Source: a virus
Strand: one strand, 5' to 3'
Virus record (IMG/VR): IMGVR_UViG_3300008952_000006
Span: 96,001-160,000 of that record
DNA: 64,000 bases
This document shows positions 46,801 through 56,650 of the stretch, piece after piece. The position numbers and the translations under genes were made by a program. Within the stretch, counting starts at the first letter, position 1; each line of letters starts with the position of its first letter. The notes beneath the pieces were generated by a model that saw nothing but the letters and a program-made list of their open reading frames with translations, was not told where the DNA came from and searched no databases.

Positions 46801-49800
46801 AGGGGTCTACAAGCCTCGTAGCTCCCGCAACCAGAGGCAGCGGTGTTCTAGTAACAAAGTGCGAGTCCACCACAGCGTCGTTGTCCACATCTTTGGCAAG
46901 GCCGAGAGAGCTAGACTTGGCTGCAGGGTAACGCTTCTCACAGTAGGACAGTTGATCAACTGTCGAGTACCCTGGGCCATAGGGATTACCGTTGATGCCA
47001 ACGCTGGGGCGGTCGAAATTTATGACCTCGCCAGATAGACAGCGTGTGACGGGAGGCCCGCCAAGGCTTGGGTGTTGTTGCTCAAAGCTTTTCCCTAGGC
47101 GGACCCAAACAGCTTCCCGTTGGTTTATTGCTCCTACGCCAGAACTAAATCGATAAGTTGATCCGAGATGTCCATTAAAATCGACCTGCCACCTGTCTCC
47201 CTCGTAGTAACAAGGTCCTCGAGCGGCAACGGCTCCATTAGCGGTAGCATTGGTGCCATCTGGCCCAGGACGCTTGTATGCGGGAGCAAAAGAGAAGTCG
47301 TCGTAAGATACGCCCAGGTCTCCCGAAGGAGAGATGGTCTCCACCTCGCCACGGTAAACCGTCCAGTAAGCCTTAAACGGATTTAGATAGTAGTTGTACC
47401 CAATAGAGAAGAGGGGGAGCGGGTGGTTACCGGCTAGCGGGAGCATGTTCTCGGCACGCGGGGTAAAGCCCGGAGCAAAAACAATAGCCACCGTGCCAGA
47501 GGAATAGTCGATCTGGCTTGAGGCTAGGTAGCCAGCCCCAGGAATAACTTCCACAAGATTGCCATCACTGTCGTCATCCCAGACAACTTGCGTACCAGCG
47601 CCGCCATCCGGCCCAACGTCCCAATAATGGAGCCGCAAACTCCCGCGCTGTATCGGACTGTTCTCCGCAACCAAGGTGTAAAGGCTCGACATACCATCTA
47701 CAGGATCAGGATTAGGTGTAAGCTCCTCGTGGTCAAATTCTTCGGCTGAGCCCGCAGCCAAGTCAGGAGCATTAGCGCCGGGGACAGGTGCGCCGATATT
47801 CTGGTCAACGCCAACCTGTGCTAGAGGGCCGAACGCGTAGTCAAATCCGCCCTGGAGGACTGCGTTTAGATTCCAAGTAGCCAGAGCAAAAAGGTCAACA
47901 GCAGGAAGATCGGTGTGCAAGATTGTGACAGGGGTATTGTTATCTGTGCTTCCCGGGTTGTCGGAAAAAATCCGAACTCTTCCATCAGAAAGGGCCTCAG
48001 CGGATATGTTTGGTATGTTGGCCGTGATTTCGGAGGCCATATGCACAGCAAGTTCTTGGGCAGTTGGCTCATCCCCGCCCGTGAATAGGCCAAACCCTGC
48101 GCCCACATTTGCACCATTTTGGGTGCAGTTGGCTGCGTTCATCGTATTGCCATACCGCCCAAATAAATCACAAGTAATAGTGAGTGCGGGCCCAAGAGCA
48201 GACGCGCTTGTAAAAAAACCTGCGGTAGGGTCGGTGTCAATTGCTGCTGCTAAGCCCGCGACCCAAAGATCCAACGTAGCGTAGCTACTAGCGCTGTCGT
48301 CCACAGTCACTGTGCCCGCAGCTGTTAACGGGGCGTCTATATCAATTATGCCGCCATTATAGGGGCCCCCGCCCGGGGTAAACCCTGCCGTCGTAAAGGT
48401 AAGGGTAGTGGACGCATTAACTCCACCCCCGCCCCATTGTGTGGTGATGTCAATAATGTGCACCCCGCCGACAGTAACAGTAATAACGTCTGGGCTTGCC
48501 GAGTTAGCAGTTGGTAACTGCGGCACAGGGTCTGGGACAGTGACAATCATGCTCGCTGATGGGGAGAAATGCCCAAAGTTATTCTCGTGGAGTGGCCCAA
48601 AGTCCATCCCCTCAACGCGAATCCTCCAAGGTGTCCCTGCACCAACTTTTACAATACGTCCCCAGCCCTGCCACTGCAGCTGGCCCTCAACATTCGACAG
48701 GTTTCCATCAAAGATACCGGGTGTCCCAGGAGCGGATTCAAGGGAATAAACCGAACAGCTAATATAGTGACCTTCGGTAACACCGCGATTGGCCCACTTT
48801 GTTTGCGTACTGTCCAATATAATGTCTACCTGTCCTGGGTGAGGGAAGGTTCCCCAGGTAGAGGTGATGGGCTGGTGCGGATTGGCCCCGCCTAGGTCAT
48901 TCATGGCTTGAATCATGCAGCCAGGATTTCGCCCCAAGTCCTCAGCGGTCTCGCCATCAAACCTAACCTCAGGATCTGGGTCAGATGATTTTGGCCCACC
49001 GAAGTCAATAATCTTTAGGTGCTCCCTGAATAAAGAGAACACGGGGCTTGAGTCAAAGACAAACTCGTCTTTTCCCGGGTAGACTGCGCGATTTTTACTC
49101 ACCAAGAAACTATCAATCCTACCGATCCCCAAATCAGTACTGGAATAGAACTTCGTTAGGGGCCACATCTGCATCATCTTGGGGTAGCTGAAGCCTAAGG
49201 AGTCTCCGTTCTCGTTTTGGTCGGTCAGGTCTGTGTTGGTAAAAGAGAACAAGAAATCACGACCGACCACGACCGATCCAGGAACTTCATTGGGAACAAA
49301 GCTTGTGTGTACGTGGTCTGTAAAGGGTAAGTGCGCGCCGAGCACGGTTTCGACACCGCCCGACTCACCGATCATCTTAAAGGCGGAGCCTTGGTTGGAG
49401 CGCTTGTTTAAGCCCATCTCAGGGGCAGAGGTGTCTGCAGTCCCCAGGAAAGGCACATCGTTAGTAATGCTTGGGGGTGACGGGTAGATCTCAAAATCTT
49501 TGAGCTTTATATAGATGGCGTAATCGTTGCCATCGTTGTAGAAAGTCTCGTCAACAGCGCGGATTCGGTTCAGCACCGTGTCATTATAGGTATTCTTTCG
49601 GAAGGGCTGCGCGACCCCGGCGTTACCATCGGAGTCTCCCCAGAGGGGCTCATGAGGGACGCCTAAGGGATCTAAGTCGCAGTGAGACCAAGTGAGTCCG
49701 CTGCCATCCGCAACACGGATATACTTGGCTTCCAACAACGCTGCTTTTAAGTCTGCAGGCCATTCGCCAGCACCAAGAAAGGAACCGCCTCCGGGAGGCA

Positions 49801-50767
49801 TGATTTTAATCGTATTGGTGAAGGGCAAAGTTGAGCTATTAGACCAGAGCGCATGGGTCTTCCAGTTAGCGGTCATGTATATTAGGGGACCGATATCCTC
49901 ATCAAAGACCTGCTTGACCCTAGCCTGGAGGACATCGCGCTTCATATCGGGCTCCCCGTGCCCAACAATTTGTACAGAGACGATGTCGCTAAAATTATTC
50001 AAAATGGCTGTCTCAATCCCGCGTTTGGTATTGAGCGACCGCTCGGAGAGGCTCCTCTCCGCCCGAACCAGAAAATCTGCGTTGGTCTCTTGTGTGACAC
50101 CGCCAGTGAAGGCGTTCAGGTTCGCCACTCGCGCAACCCCCGAAAGACCGTTTACAAAACGGATCTCCCCAACACCTATATTAGTGGCTGCGTCAGGTAG
50201 CTGAGAGCGGACGGGTATGTCTATGTAGTATTGGCTCCCCGAGCGCGTCATGTCTGACGGTGCGTAGGTGAAGGCCTCCTCGGGAACGTAACCAAAGCCA
50301 GAAGCAGTGCTAAACACAATTGAGGAGTCAACCCCAACAGACCGTGCGGTGGTAAAGTAGACCCTCACGAGCCCGCGTGAGTAATCACCGTATTTGCGCT
50401 CAGACAAGACATTAGACAAGAGGGCGTCAAGCTCAACCTCTGTAAGCGCGTCACTGTCCCCCAGAGAGTTTTGGAGGCGCAGAAATTCGATCTCACGCTG
50501 CAGGGGCTCGAGGATGAGGGCGAGGGGGTTTACAAGAACATCGCGAATAACAGAACCGGGGCTGGTAGCATCCAGGTCCGGGAACTCATCCGCCAGTCGG
50601 GCAACAATAAAGGACCCAATATCCACAGCTAGTGGATCAGTGCCCAAGCGCTTTATGAGCGGGTCAATGACCTTCATATACATCAACGATCCCTCGGAAT
50701 CGTCAAGTGAAGGGTCTAGGTCGAGCAAGCGCTCTATAAGAAATCTTTTTAGTGTCTCATTAGCCAT
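43832..50767 (-). CDS. Baseplate J/gp6-like protein with very large insertion (2311 aa)
   Basis: N-terminal DATSPGSVIRDVL, ELDALLSN, SRGLVRVYF, VANLNAFTGGVTQETNADFLVRA. Confidence 0.8.
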   Translation of the reverse strand: MANETLKRFLIERLLDLDPSLDDSEGSLMYMKVIDPLIKRLGTDPLAVDIGSFIVARLADEFPDLDATSPGSVIRDVLVNPLALILEPLQREIEFLRLQNSLGDSDALTEVELDALLSNVLSERKYGDYSRGLVRVYFTTARSVGVDSSIVFSTASGFGYVPEEAFTYAPSDMTRSGSQYYIDIPVRSQLPDAATNIGVGEIRFVNGLSGVARVANLNAFTGGVTQETNADFLVRAERSLSERSLNTKRGIETAILNNFSDIVSVQIVGHGEPDMKRDVLQARVKQVFDEDIGPLIYMTANWKTHALWSNSSTLPFTNTIKIMPPGGGSFLGAGEWPADLKAALLEAKYIRVADGSGLTWSHCDLDPLGVPHEPLWGDSDGNAGVAQPFRKNTYNDTVLNRIRAVDETFYNDGNDYAIYIKLKDFEIYPSPPSITNDVPFLGTADTSAPEMGLNKRSNQGSAFKMIGESGGVETVLGAHLPFTDHVHTSFVPNEVPGSVVVGRDFLFSFTNTDLTDQNENGDSLGFSYPKMMQMWPLTKFYSSTDLGIGRIDSFLVSKNRAVYPGKDEFVFDSSPVFSLFREHLKIIDFGGPKSSDPDPEVRFDGETAEDLGRNPGCMIQAMNDLGGANPHQPITSTWGTFPHPGQVDIILDSTQTKWANRGVTEGHYISCSVYSLESAPGTPGIFDGNLSNVEGQLQWQGWGRIVKVGAGTPWRIRVEGMDFGPLHENNFGHFSPSASMIVTVPDPVPQLPTANSASPDVITVTVGGVHIIDITTQWGGGGVNASTTLTFTTAGFTPGGGPYNGGIIDIDAPLTAAGTVTVDDSASSYATLDLWVAGLAAAIDTDPTAGFFTSASALGPALTITCDLFGRYGNTMNAANCTQNGANVGAGFGLFTGGDEPTAQELAVHMASEITANIPNISAEALSDGRVRIFSDNPGSTDNNTPVTILHTDLPAVDLFALATWNLNAVLQGGFDYAFGPLAQVGVDQNIGAPVPGANAPDLAAGSAEEFDHEELTPNPDPVDGMSSLYTLVAENSPIQRGSLRLHYWDVGPDGGAGTQVVWDDDSDGNLVEVIPGAGYLASSQIDYSSGTVAIVFAPGFTPRAENMLPLAGNHPLPLFSIGYNYYLNPFKAYWTVYRGEVETISPSGDLGVSYDDFSFAPAYKRPGPDGTNATANGAVAARGPCYYEGDRWQVDFNGHLGSTYRFSSGVGAINQREAVWVRLGKSFEQQHPSLGGPPVTRCLSGEVINFDRPSVGINGNPYGPGYSTVDQLSYCEKRYPAAKSSSLGLAKDVDNDAVVDSHFVTRTPLPLVAGATRLVDPSDQTQTDFDLDEMSFINYAGSFGFLLPHPMGPAHYGEPGNLDNSEFDYLTNNIALQHLLDHQVLQVYEGASGDMGDTGIVVSGIPGSVPFPGWFGGDFEIENDKIHIGGMTDVYVKATAAEERTTPPIRLQPEALDPDALPAPSPTDPPPEYEVLLQATDGAIDSAWDDTHFDSLALLSAIATHYGAAGIISLDNLVIELLDVPSPDLQPRFFRAIHTTATGVKVDGAFPAGAAYAGMRFRALFGCTTSIDKPLIVLQQGADLIVQKNDFSVFCPTGFDFGTDPADVAVYISIDSIEARGEYRVTGKNLNTLVTETAITESGSALSYRVYTKQAAGVDLPLVRVKSVSLSGDEVEGVSVPYKNPVDIIASSFAGLNDDPINEESLGNNPFPPTLEVLSYGGEPRLHLIVDDNEDFVTEYKTIRYDVLRIETLDEPNKYFYVEDFVNVNTGGGTGFLNALVLDRTISGLSSAIENVQFSLGRPAVGTAQLVFKDPTFFEAGPDTEFSYVSVRSTPGIETAGDDKTYKFRPSPLESAVLYKTGYTTTDLTIDGTLDNAKIYSLDVNFLKHDIKVGDRLTILTRVMRSAAFNGAAPFLDDENLSLAGKTLVINIDGAKKSVVFSGPNPTTLEQAVSDINRQVGDKLKAAVIEPDPTGSPEEYFLQISSNLPIELTNDGTIGILTELRVNTDLIHRDNNYYPAGGGAELFDPYLVTAVNYIDKNTAPGGVARWELEITSVDGGQPTPVTDIQSVFVEARRYKYQRIYPSDMTDNGFGLYTAPVTLTSYDPNTPTALITDNTQLSVEGHKSLGYEMIVKNANYSYSLGEECSLRTTSVVLSDVQDSFDTVYPLPGADVTITYDRSQVVSDIQGFLLSPSLRVVCNNPLSRHFFPAYPIGELNYGDTRLSPTEVQGILEEHFKTLYPNAPLELYDISAIMARKGVGYIQFPQVVEFLLHDENRVLKVARSVDIIYLNKRFHIMEDLAGITVNKVT

Positions 50768-50796
50768 AATAAACAGTCCTACTTGCCCGCTAGAAT

Positions 50797-51807
50797 TTAT
50801 AACCCGCCAGCATCTTTAATCGCCTCCTCGGCAGCACCAATCAATAAACTAATTGTCGCTTGTCTCCTAGCAAAAGTATTCAAACGAAGGCTCAAATCCA
50901 TGACAGATGGATTAGATGGGTCGAAGCTGATGTTTAACACTTGCACGTCACTTAACCGTTCTTCTGGGGGAAGGGTCGATGCTGCTTGTTGTGCAGCAAA
51001 ATAAACACCCGTGTTAATTATATTTAAAACAGTCTTCGCTACAAGACCCTGTGGATTACTCAGGGCAACCTTCTGCCCAACCCAATTTTGTAGATTGCCC
51101 CCTAAGGTTTTATTGAAAACATCGCTGCCGGGGGTCGTGAGGAGCACTTTGACGAATTGCTGTACCAATTTGAACTCGCCAGAAACAGAAGAAATATTGT
51201 CAGTAAATAAGTAAGCAAACAAAGAGGACCTGTCCGCCACACGAGAGGTGGTGACAACCTCCACATCATCTATAGAGACGTCATTCTGAGGCAACGTGCA
51301 AAGAATGGTTCTATTATCCATTATCACGTACCCCTGGGATTTCCGGTTAACATAAACCCCAACCGCTTTGTCAAAATTGGCACCAGAAAGCTGTAAAATC
51401 CCTCCCTCAAGGGTGGCTCTAAGGGACCCTGGTGGGGCTTTTGTGTCAAGGCCCCCATCCGGGCCCCCTAAGTCCGTTAAAACCTCAGGGGTATTTACCT
51501 CAACACCGGCAGCGTCTGTGGCTACCCTGTTGATACGTATGCTGGTAACAGCCTCCACAAGGACCCCTTGGTCCTGGAGTTCCTGTGGAAAGGCCACCAA
51601 AAGAGTTGTGAGGTCCGTAACAATAAACTTGGAATTGTAACCGTTTACCTGGACGCTGTTTACTGTAAGGAAGCTAGACTCCGGTAGACTGGAGAACCCT
51701 GTACCAGAATCTACGGCTGGAGCTGCCTCAACACGAATCATAGATAGAAATCGTACCCCACTCAATTTCGCAATGTCGCGTACATAAACCGCTTGTAAAT
51801 CAATCAT
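50797..51807 (-). CDS. gp25/GPW-like baseplate protein with N-terminal Ig-like domains
   Basis: VSGEFKLVQQFVKVLLTTPGSDVFNKTLGGNL in the C-terminal part; LSGANF..AVGVYVN IPT/TIG-like segment; precedes baseplate J. Confidence 0.7.
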   Translation of the reverse strand: MIDLQAVYVRDIAKLSGVRFLSMIRVEAAPAVDSGTGFSSLPESSFLTVNSVQVNGYNSKFIVTDLTTLLVAFPQELQDQGVLVEAVTSIRINRVATDAAGVEVNTPEVLTDLGGPDGGLDTKAPPGSLRATLEGGILQLSGANFDKAVGVYVNRKSQGYVIMDNRTILCTLPQNDVSIDDVEVVTTSRVADRSSLFAYLFTDNISSVSGEFKLVQQFVKVLLTTPGSDVFNKTLGGNLQNWVGQKVALSNPQGLVAKTVLNIINTGVYFAAQQAASTLPPEERLSDVQVLNISFDPSNPSVMDLSLRLNTFARRQATISLLIGAAEEAIKDAGGL

Positions 51808-52169
51808 TTATCACTACCGTCAATCTCTAGGGCATCCTGCACTACGCCGCCTTTACCATCTTCACCTATCAACTGGGTCTGGAGGTAGTTCAGTCTAGAA
51901 ATCAAAGTACGCTTTGCACCAGAAAAAGCGGCAGTACTTTCGTCATCTGCCTCTTCCCCTATCAAAGCTAGCCTTTCTGTGATGACTTCCGCCAAAGAGT
52001 AGCCCGTAAAATAGTCATTAGTCCGAGCAGTGGTCCGGAAAAATTCTAATGCCTCATCAATTAAAGAGGCAATTTTACGCTTCGCGAGCTTATCGCTTAC
52101 ATCGCCCGCACGAAGAGTGCTGGATTCTGCTGCTACGGTTGCGCCGCCGCTTTCTGGGAGGTCACTCAT
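51804..52169 (-). CDS. Hypothetical protein (121 aa)
   Basis: Overlapping stop/start with both neighbours. Confidence 0.75.
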   Translation of the reverse strand: MSDLPESGGATVAAESSTLRAGDVSDKLAKRKIASLIDEALEFFRTTARTNDYFTGYSLAEVITERLALIGEEADDESTAAFSGAKRTLISRLNYLQTQLIGEDGKGGVVQDALEIDGSDK

Positions 52170-55100
52170 TAATCTTCCGGTGCTGCTGGGTCTATGTCCT
52201 GGGTATTAGTATTAATACCACGAGTATCATAATCTGTTAGGGGGTTATTATTTGTAGAGTATTCTATAAAACTTGTCTCTCCTCCGAGCAGGTTGAAGGC
52301 CCGCACTAACAAGTTGTCCAAGCTTGTCTGGTTGGAGACCTCTGCTACTGTAAGCTCCGAAACCTCACTAAACTGACCTGTCATTAACATATTTAATGGC
52401 AAAGTAAGCCTTTCTTGTTTCAGCGTATCCAGTAATTTATCAACTGTTTTTACGATATGTGCATCATACCCTAAATAGCTTTCCCGGATAGGGTTTAAAG
52501 CGCTTCGTAGAGCAAAAAGTAAGGACATGTACTGTCCCTGCCCAGACCCAGAACTAACAAAAATGTTAGTCGCGCTTAGTAATAAATTATCACCAGTAAT
52601 ACTTTCCAGCCCTTGTAGGGCCCGGAAGAGTGCGTCTCGAATAGCTGTAAACCTATACCACCCTAAGGAGACAATTTTTAAATCCTCATAGGGGTATATA
52701 TGGGAAGTCCCTTCCGGCACCTCAAAAGAAACGTTATCTCCTAAAACAGAGGTGACGCGCCCTATAACCCTCTCAGACCCCCCAGAACCATTTTCAATGA
52801 CAACATCATTAGGGTGTATCTCGTAGCCGTTTTTAACAGAGCCCCGCAAAGCAACGGTGCTGGATGACCCTATGGTGGTTGCCCCATCTACAAAGCCGAG
52901 GTCGTCACCAAGTATTGTTGTAACCGAAATAGCGCTCTCTGCCTCATTGTTCTGGGACTTGACCTTGATCTTGCTTCTGGAGATGGTGCAAGACCAGTCG
53001 CCACCAAGGGTTAGTCCCTCTACCGAAGCATCGTCAATAGCTAGAGGTAATGTAGGCCAGACATCTAAAACTGAAGAAGCGCCAGGCCCCGATATGCCAG
53101 TAATCTTGGTGTGGAACACCCGCGCAGACCTAGATAGCCCCGTGTTACCCGCTCCCCATGTCACCCTGACGTCATCACCAACCTCTAGGCTTTCTGGGGG
53201 CAAATCAACAGAGATGGTAGTCGTAGATGGCAACGCGGCCAGGATCGCTGTTATTGGCACCCCTGTAGCGATGGTGTTGGGCGGACAACTGACCGTTATG
53301 GGGCCGGAAGAGGTAACGTCAGCAAAGGGGGTGTCGGAACCAAAGAACTCGCCTCGAGATGAATAAAGGGCCCCAATAGCTTCATTGATGGAGTTAGGCT
53401 GGGATGACCACACGGGCGCGAATGGGGTTGAATTTGGTAGGGCTTGTTGATGATTAGGGAAAGCAATTCTAGAGGCGGAGCCGTGCAAGTCAGACGCAAA
53501 CCAAAGAGTGTTTGTAGCCCCAGAGTACGCAACCTGCACGTCACTAACAAAAGAGGTCCCGCCGAGCAACGTCACCAAGTCAGCCCCGCTCGTAACCCAC
53601 TCCAACTGATTCCCTGGGGTTGGGGTGGGGAGCACCGCAGAAAGCAGAGTATTGTGCTTGAAAATCTTTATTACGCTGTAGTCGTTTAAAATAGGGGGAG
53701 GGTAAACACCTGGAGTAGTGTCAATCACCTCCATGCGAGCTAACGGATGGAATCCGTGAGAGCACGTTAGATAGCTCCCCTCCGTCAAGGGGTGGGGCAT
53801 TTGAATAAAAATGTGTCCTGTTTCGTAGTCAACGCGACCAAAAGCTACCTGATACCCCGTGACCGTTATTGCGGCGAGTGCTGACGGAGCTACACCAAAG
53901 GTTAGGTTTATCTCCCCAGTAGAAAAATTTATCTCACAGTAATCTCCCGCAGCGCCGCCAGTGCATTCATAAAATCCCGCAGTGGTGCCGGGGGTCAGTG
54001 TGGGGGTAAACGCATACTGAAATATAGTATTCTCTAAGTACACGATAGTCCATGTGAGGTTCTCTTCATAAATGGGTGGTTTCATACGACCTGGGTACGG
54101 CGACGTAAAAGTAAAACTAAGATCCATGCCGTTATATGGGCTGTCAGGCGAAAGTATGTGCGCAAGGACCCAGGAGGCCGTGTCGTTACTAAAAAGAACC
54201 CCAGAAACCCCGTCATCTACCGCAGTTACGGGGAGGTCAGTCCCCCCGTCATGCACAAGAGCATTGACCTGTACGCCGCCATCGTAGTTTGGGTTCCCCG
54301 TAGAGGGCCTAACAACCGACTTTAGGTAGGGGGACAGAACTACAGGATTGCCCAAGTCATCCACGACCCCACCATCTGTGTCGGTACCGCTCGAGGAAAA
54401 CCACTTCTCATCAGCAGACACCTGGGGGGTCGTCTGGTGGTATAGGATCCCAGCATCCTCTTTGGTGAACAAAGGAGCCCCCAGACTTACAGATATGTTG
54501 GGCAAAACGGACTGGGGGGCATGTACTGACGCAGAAGCACCGCTACCCAACGTAAACACAACTGAGGAGTCCTCGTCTAGGATGAAGGGCTTTGTGCCCC
54601 CGATCATCTCGGCGGAAACACCAGCTCTGGTATCGACAGAACCATTATATTTAGGCTCTGTTATGTCTAGCTTGGGAACAGACTGTTGAGATAGGAGAGA
54701 CGCGAGAATTGTAGCGTCCAATAGCGCGCCAGATAGGTCAGTGGAGCCCTCGTGAGAAAGAAGGGTAGTTGTAGCTTTCCTGGCCTGTGCAGAAAACGAC
54801 AGAGGTTCAAACGAAGCGCCAGAGTAATTGGTCAGGGCGTCAAGAAACTGCCCCGCCTCAGCAAGTATAACCTCGATTAAAAACCCGGTTTCCTCTGCAA
54901 GGATAATAGACTGCTCCTGTGCATACGCAGGACTAATACCTGCATTGTGGAACCCGTCTGCCGTTACGCTACTCTTGGTAAAATCGGTAGCAACCCTTGA
55001 AAACTCCTGTAGCAGGACCTCGCGCTCACCTTCCGAGGCAACCTCCAGCCTGTAGCTAATATCTAGTAGAGTGTCTAGCTTGCTTGTGTCCGGTAGGGGG

Positions 55101-55375
55101 TCTTCCTGCCTCGATATCGGGGCGTATCTCTCAAGAGAATCTATATTGGCAAGGGCTTTGGAGAGAAAGCTGATGTGTCGGTTGGCGAAAAGTTTTAGAA
55201 GAGCGTAGACCGAGTCAACGTCCGAATTAAGTGTACGAAACACAAGATCCTTGACACCATCAACAAGATCGTCCGCAGACTGGCGTGTATTGCGGTTCAC
55301 AACAGACACACCGGTCCTAAGAGCATCGATTCTAGCGCTTATCTCGTCTTCAGTGTATCTATTGCTACCACTCAT
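52169..55375 (-). CDS. Large virion structural protein (1068 aa)
   Basis: Helical termini and beta-rich centre with EINFSTG and GRVDYETG motifs; located in the tail module. Confidence 0.7.
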   Translation of the reverse strand: MSGSNRYTEDEISARIDALRTGVSVVNRNTRQSADDLVDGVKDLVFRTLNSDVDSVYALLKLFANRHISFLSKALANIDSLERYAPISRQEDPLPDTSKLDTLLDISYRLEVASEGEREVLLQEFSRVATDFTKSSVTADGFHNAGISPAYAQEQSIILAEETGFLIEVILAEAGQFLDALTNYSGASFEPLSFSAQARKATTTLLSHEGSTDLSGALLDATILASLLSQQSVPKLDITEPKYNGSVDTRAGVSAEMIGGTKPFILDEDSSVVFTLGSGASASVHAPQSVLPNISVSLGAPLFTKEDAGILYHQTTPQVSADEKWFSSSGTDTDGGVVDDLGNPVVLSPYLKSVVRPSTGNPNYDGGVQVNALVHDGGTDLPVTAVDDGVSGVLFSNDTASWVLAHILSPDSPYNGMDLSFTFTSPYPGRMKPPIYEENLTWTIVYLENTIFQYAFTPTLTPGTTAGFYECTGGAAGDYCEINFSTGEINLTFGVAPSALAAITVTGYQVAFGRVDYETGHIFIQMPHPLTEGSYLTCSHGFHPLARMEVIDTTPGVYPPPILNDYSVIKIFKHNTLLSAVLPTPTPGNQLEWVTSGADLVTLLGGTSFVSDVQVAYSGATNTLWFASDLHGSASRIAFPNHQQALPNSTPFAPVWSSQPNSINEAIGALYSSRGEFFGSDTPFADVTSSGPITVSCPPNTIATGVPITAILAALPSTTTISVDLPPESLEVGDDVRVTWGAGNTGLSRSARVFHTKITGISGPGASSVLDVWPTLPLAIDDASVEGLTLGGDWSCTISRSKIKVKSQNNEAESAISVTTILGDDLGFVDGATTIGSSSTVALRGSVKNGYEIHPNDVVIENGSGGSERVIGRVTSVLGDNVSFEVPEGTSHIYPYEDLKIVSLGWYRFTAIRDALFRALQGLESITGDNLLLSATNIFVSSGSGQGQYMSLLFALRSALNPIRESYLGYDAHIVKTVDKLLDTLKQERLTLPLNMLMTGQFSEVSELTVAEVSNQTSLDNLLVRAFNLLGGETSFIEYSTNNNPLTDYDTRGINTNTQDIDPAAPED

Positions 55376-55694
55376 CCCCGAACTCCATACCTCTAAGCCT
55401 TCTAGCTTCCTCTTCTGTAAGACTAGTAACTTTAGAGCGTACGAGGTCTGGGCTTAGCCCCAAGATGTCACAAACAACAGGGAATGAACAAATATGATCC
55501 TCACTAATGTCGTGGAACAACCACTGACCGGCGTCTGCTCCCACTTTTCGCAACTTCAAACTCTCGTGATCGTGGTATAGAACCCAATCCACCGCTGCTC
55601 GTCTAACGACGGCTGCCCAAAGGCGAAGAAACCAAGGAACCCTTGTGTTTCGTTTCGCTGCGGCAGTAAATAGTCCATCATACGACGATGACAC
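55365..55694 (-). CDS. Small phage protein (109 aa), possible regulator
   Basis: LWAAVVRRAAVDW...A.QWLF...SFPVVCDILGLSPDLVR, a pattern I recall from small phage proteins; overlaps both neighbours. Confidence 0.65.
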   Translation of the reverse strand: MSSSYDGLFTAAAKRNTRVPWFLRLWAAVVRRAAVDWVLYHDHESLKLRKVGADAGQWLFHDISEDHICSFPVVCDILGLSPDLVRSKVTSLTEEEARRLRGMEFGDEW

Positions 55695-56646
55695 TCAAAG
55701 TACCCCTAAGCACAGGCTCAGGGTCTATGGAAATACCCATACCCTCCTCCGGTGCAATACGAGCGGCTTCGAGTGTTGCGGTTCCTGCGCCTATAGCGGT
55801 GACCACGAGAGTGTTACTGTCTGAATAAGATAATCCTATTATTAATCCTCCTACATCATCAGATGTAAGTGTGACAGCAACAAGCCCTTCTACTCTCAGT
55901 CCGCTTCTGTGAACGGTTTCGAGGGAAAGAACTGCTTGTTGCCCAACACCCATGTTCAAGACAGGGTTGTCTAAGGGAACCAGTAATGCGTTGTCCTTGG
56001 TGTATTCAACACCATCGACAACAGGGAAAATAACATCTGGCAATAAAGAAGCAGTCAGGTCTGGGACCTTTATCGTTCTAGATAAATTCTCAAACCCTTC
56101 GAGATAAACTTGGTACGTTGCACCACGCAGCAGATCAACAGACGCATATCCTGCGCCGTCTGTGCGTATAACCTGAGATTTAGGGATAACAGCATTTGCT
56201 GTGTTGGAAGCTGCATAGTAAGCAAGCTCCGGTAAGGTTTCTTCAGAGAAGAAGATACTAAGTTGTTTGATTGGTTTCCCGTAAGGGTCCATAAACGTCC
56301 CGGAACAACGGCAAAAATGCTCGTCAGTCGCGGCTGGTAATGCGGATACATCGATAAGAACATCAAAAATTTGTGGGTCTAGAACGGTACCAACCTCGAT
56401 TGAGTGGAGGTTGCCTTCTTGGACTATAGCTGCCCCCAAAGGCGGCGTGACCTGAACTTCGTATGTACCAGCGGCACGGTCTCCCAGGTAAACACTTCCG
56501 TCTGGGTTTGCCCCAGCGCCAGTAATGTCAGAAGCAAGGGCTACGCCACCGCCGTCAGGATGAAGGCTTATATTAACCCCATTAACGGGGGCGCTTCCGA
56601 GGGATCCGAAAGGGGCTGTTCTGCAATGTACATATACGTCTGCCAT
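55678..56646 (-). CDS. Beta-sandwich/Ig-like virion protein (322 aa)
   Basis: Prealbumin-like repeats (G.PV.G..I, TDGAGYASVDL) and C-terminal VTAIGAGTATL Ig-like motif. Confidence 0.7.
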   Translation of the reverse strand: MADVYVHCRTAPFGSLGSAPVNGVNISLHPDGGGVALASDITGAGANPDGSVYLGDRAAGTYEVQVTPPLGAAIVQEGNLHSIEVGTVLDPQIFDVLIDVSALPAATDEHFCRCSGTFMDPYGKPIKQLSIFFSEETLPELAYYAASNTANAVIPKSQVIRTDGAGYASVDLLRGATYQVYLEGFENLSRTIKVPDLTASLLPDVIFPVVDGVEYTKDNALLVPLDNPVLNMGVGQQAVLSLETVHRSGLRVEGLVAVTLTSDDVGGLIIGLSYSDSNTLVVTAIGAGTATLEAARIAPEEGMGISIDPEPVLRGTLSVIVV

Positions 56647-56650
56647 CTAG

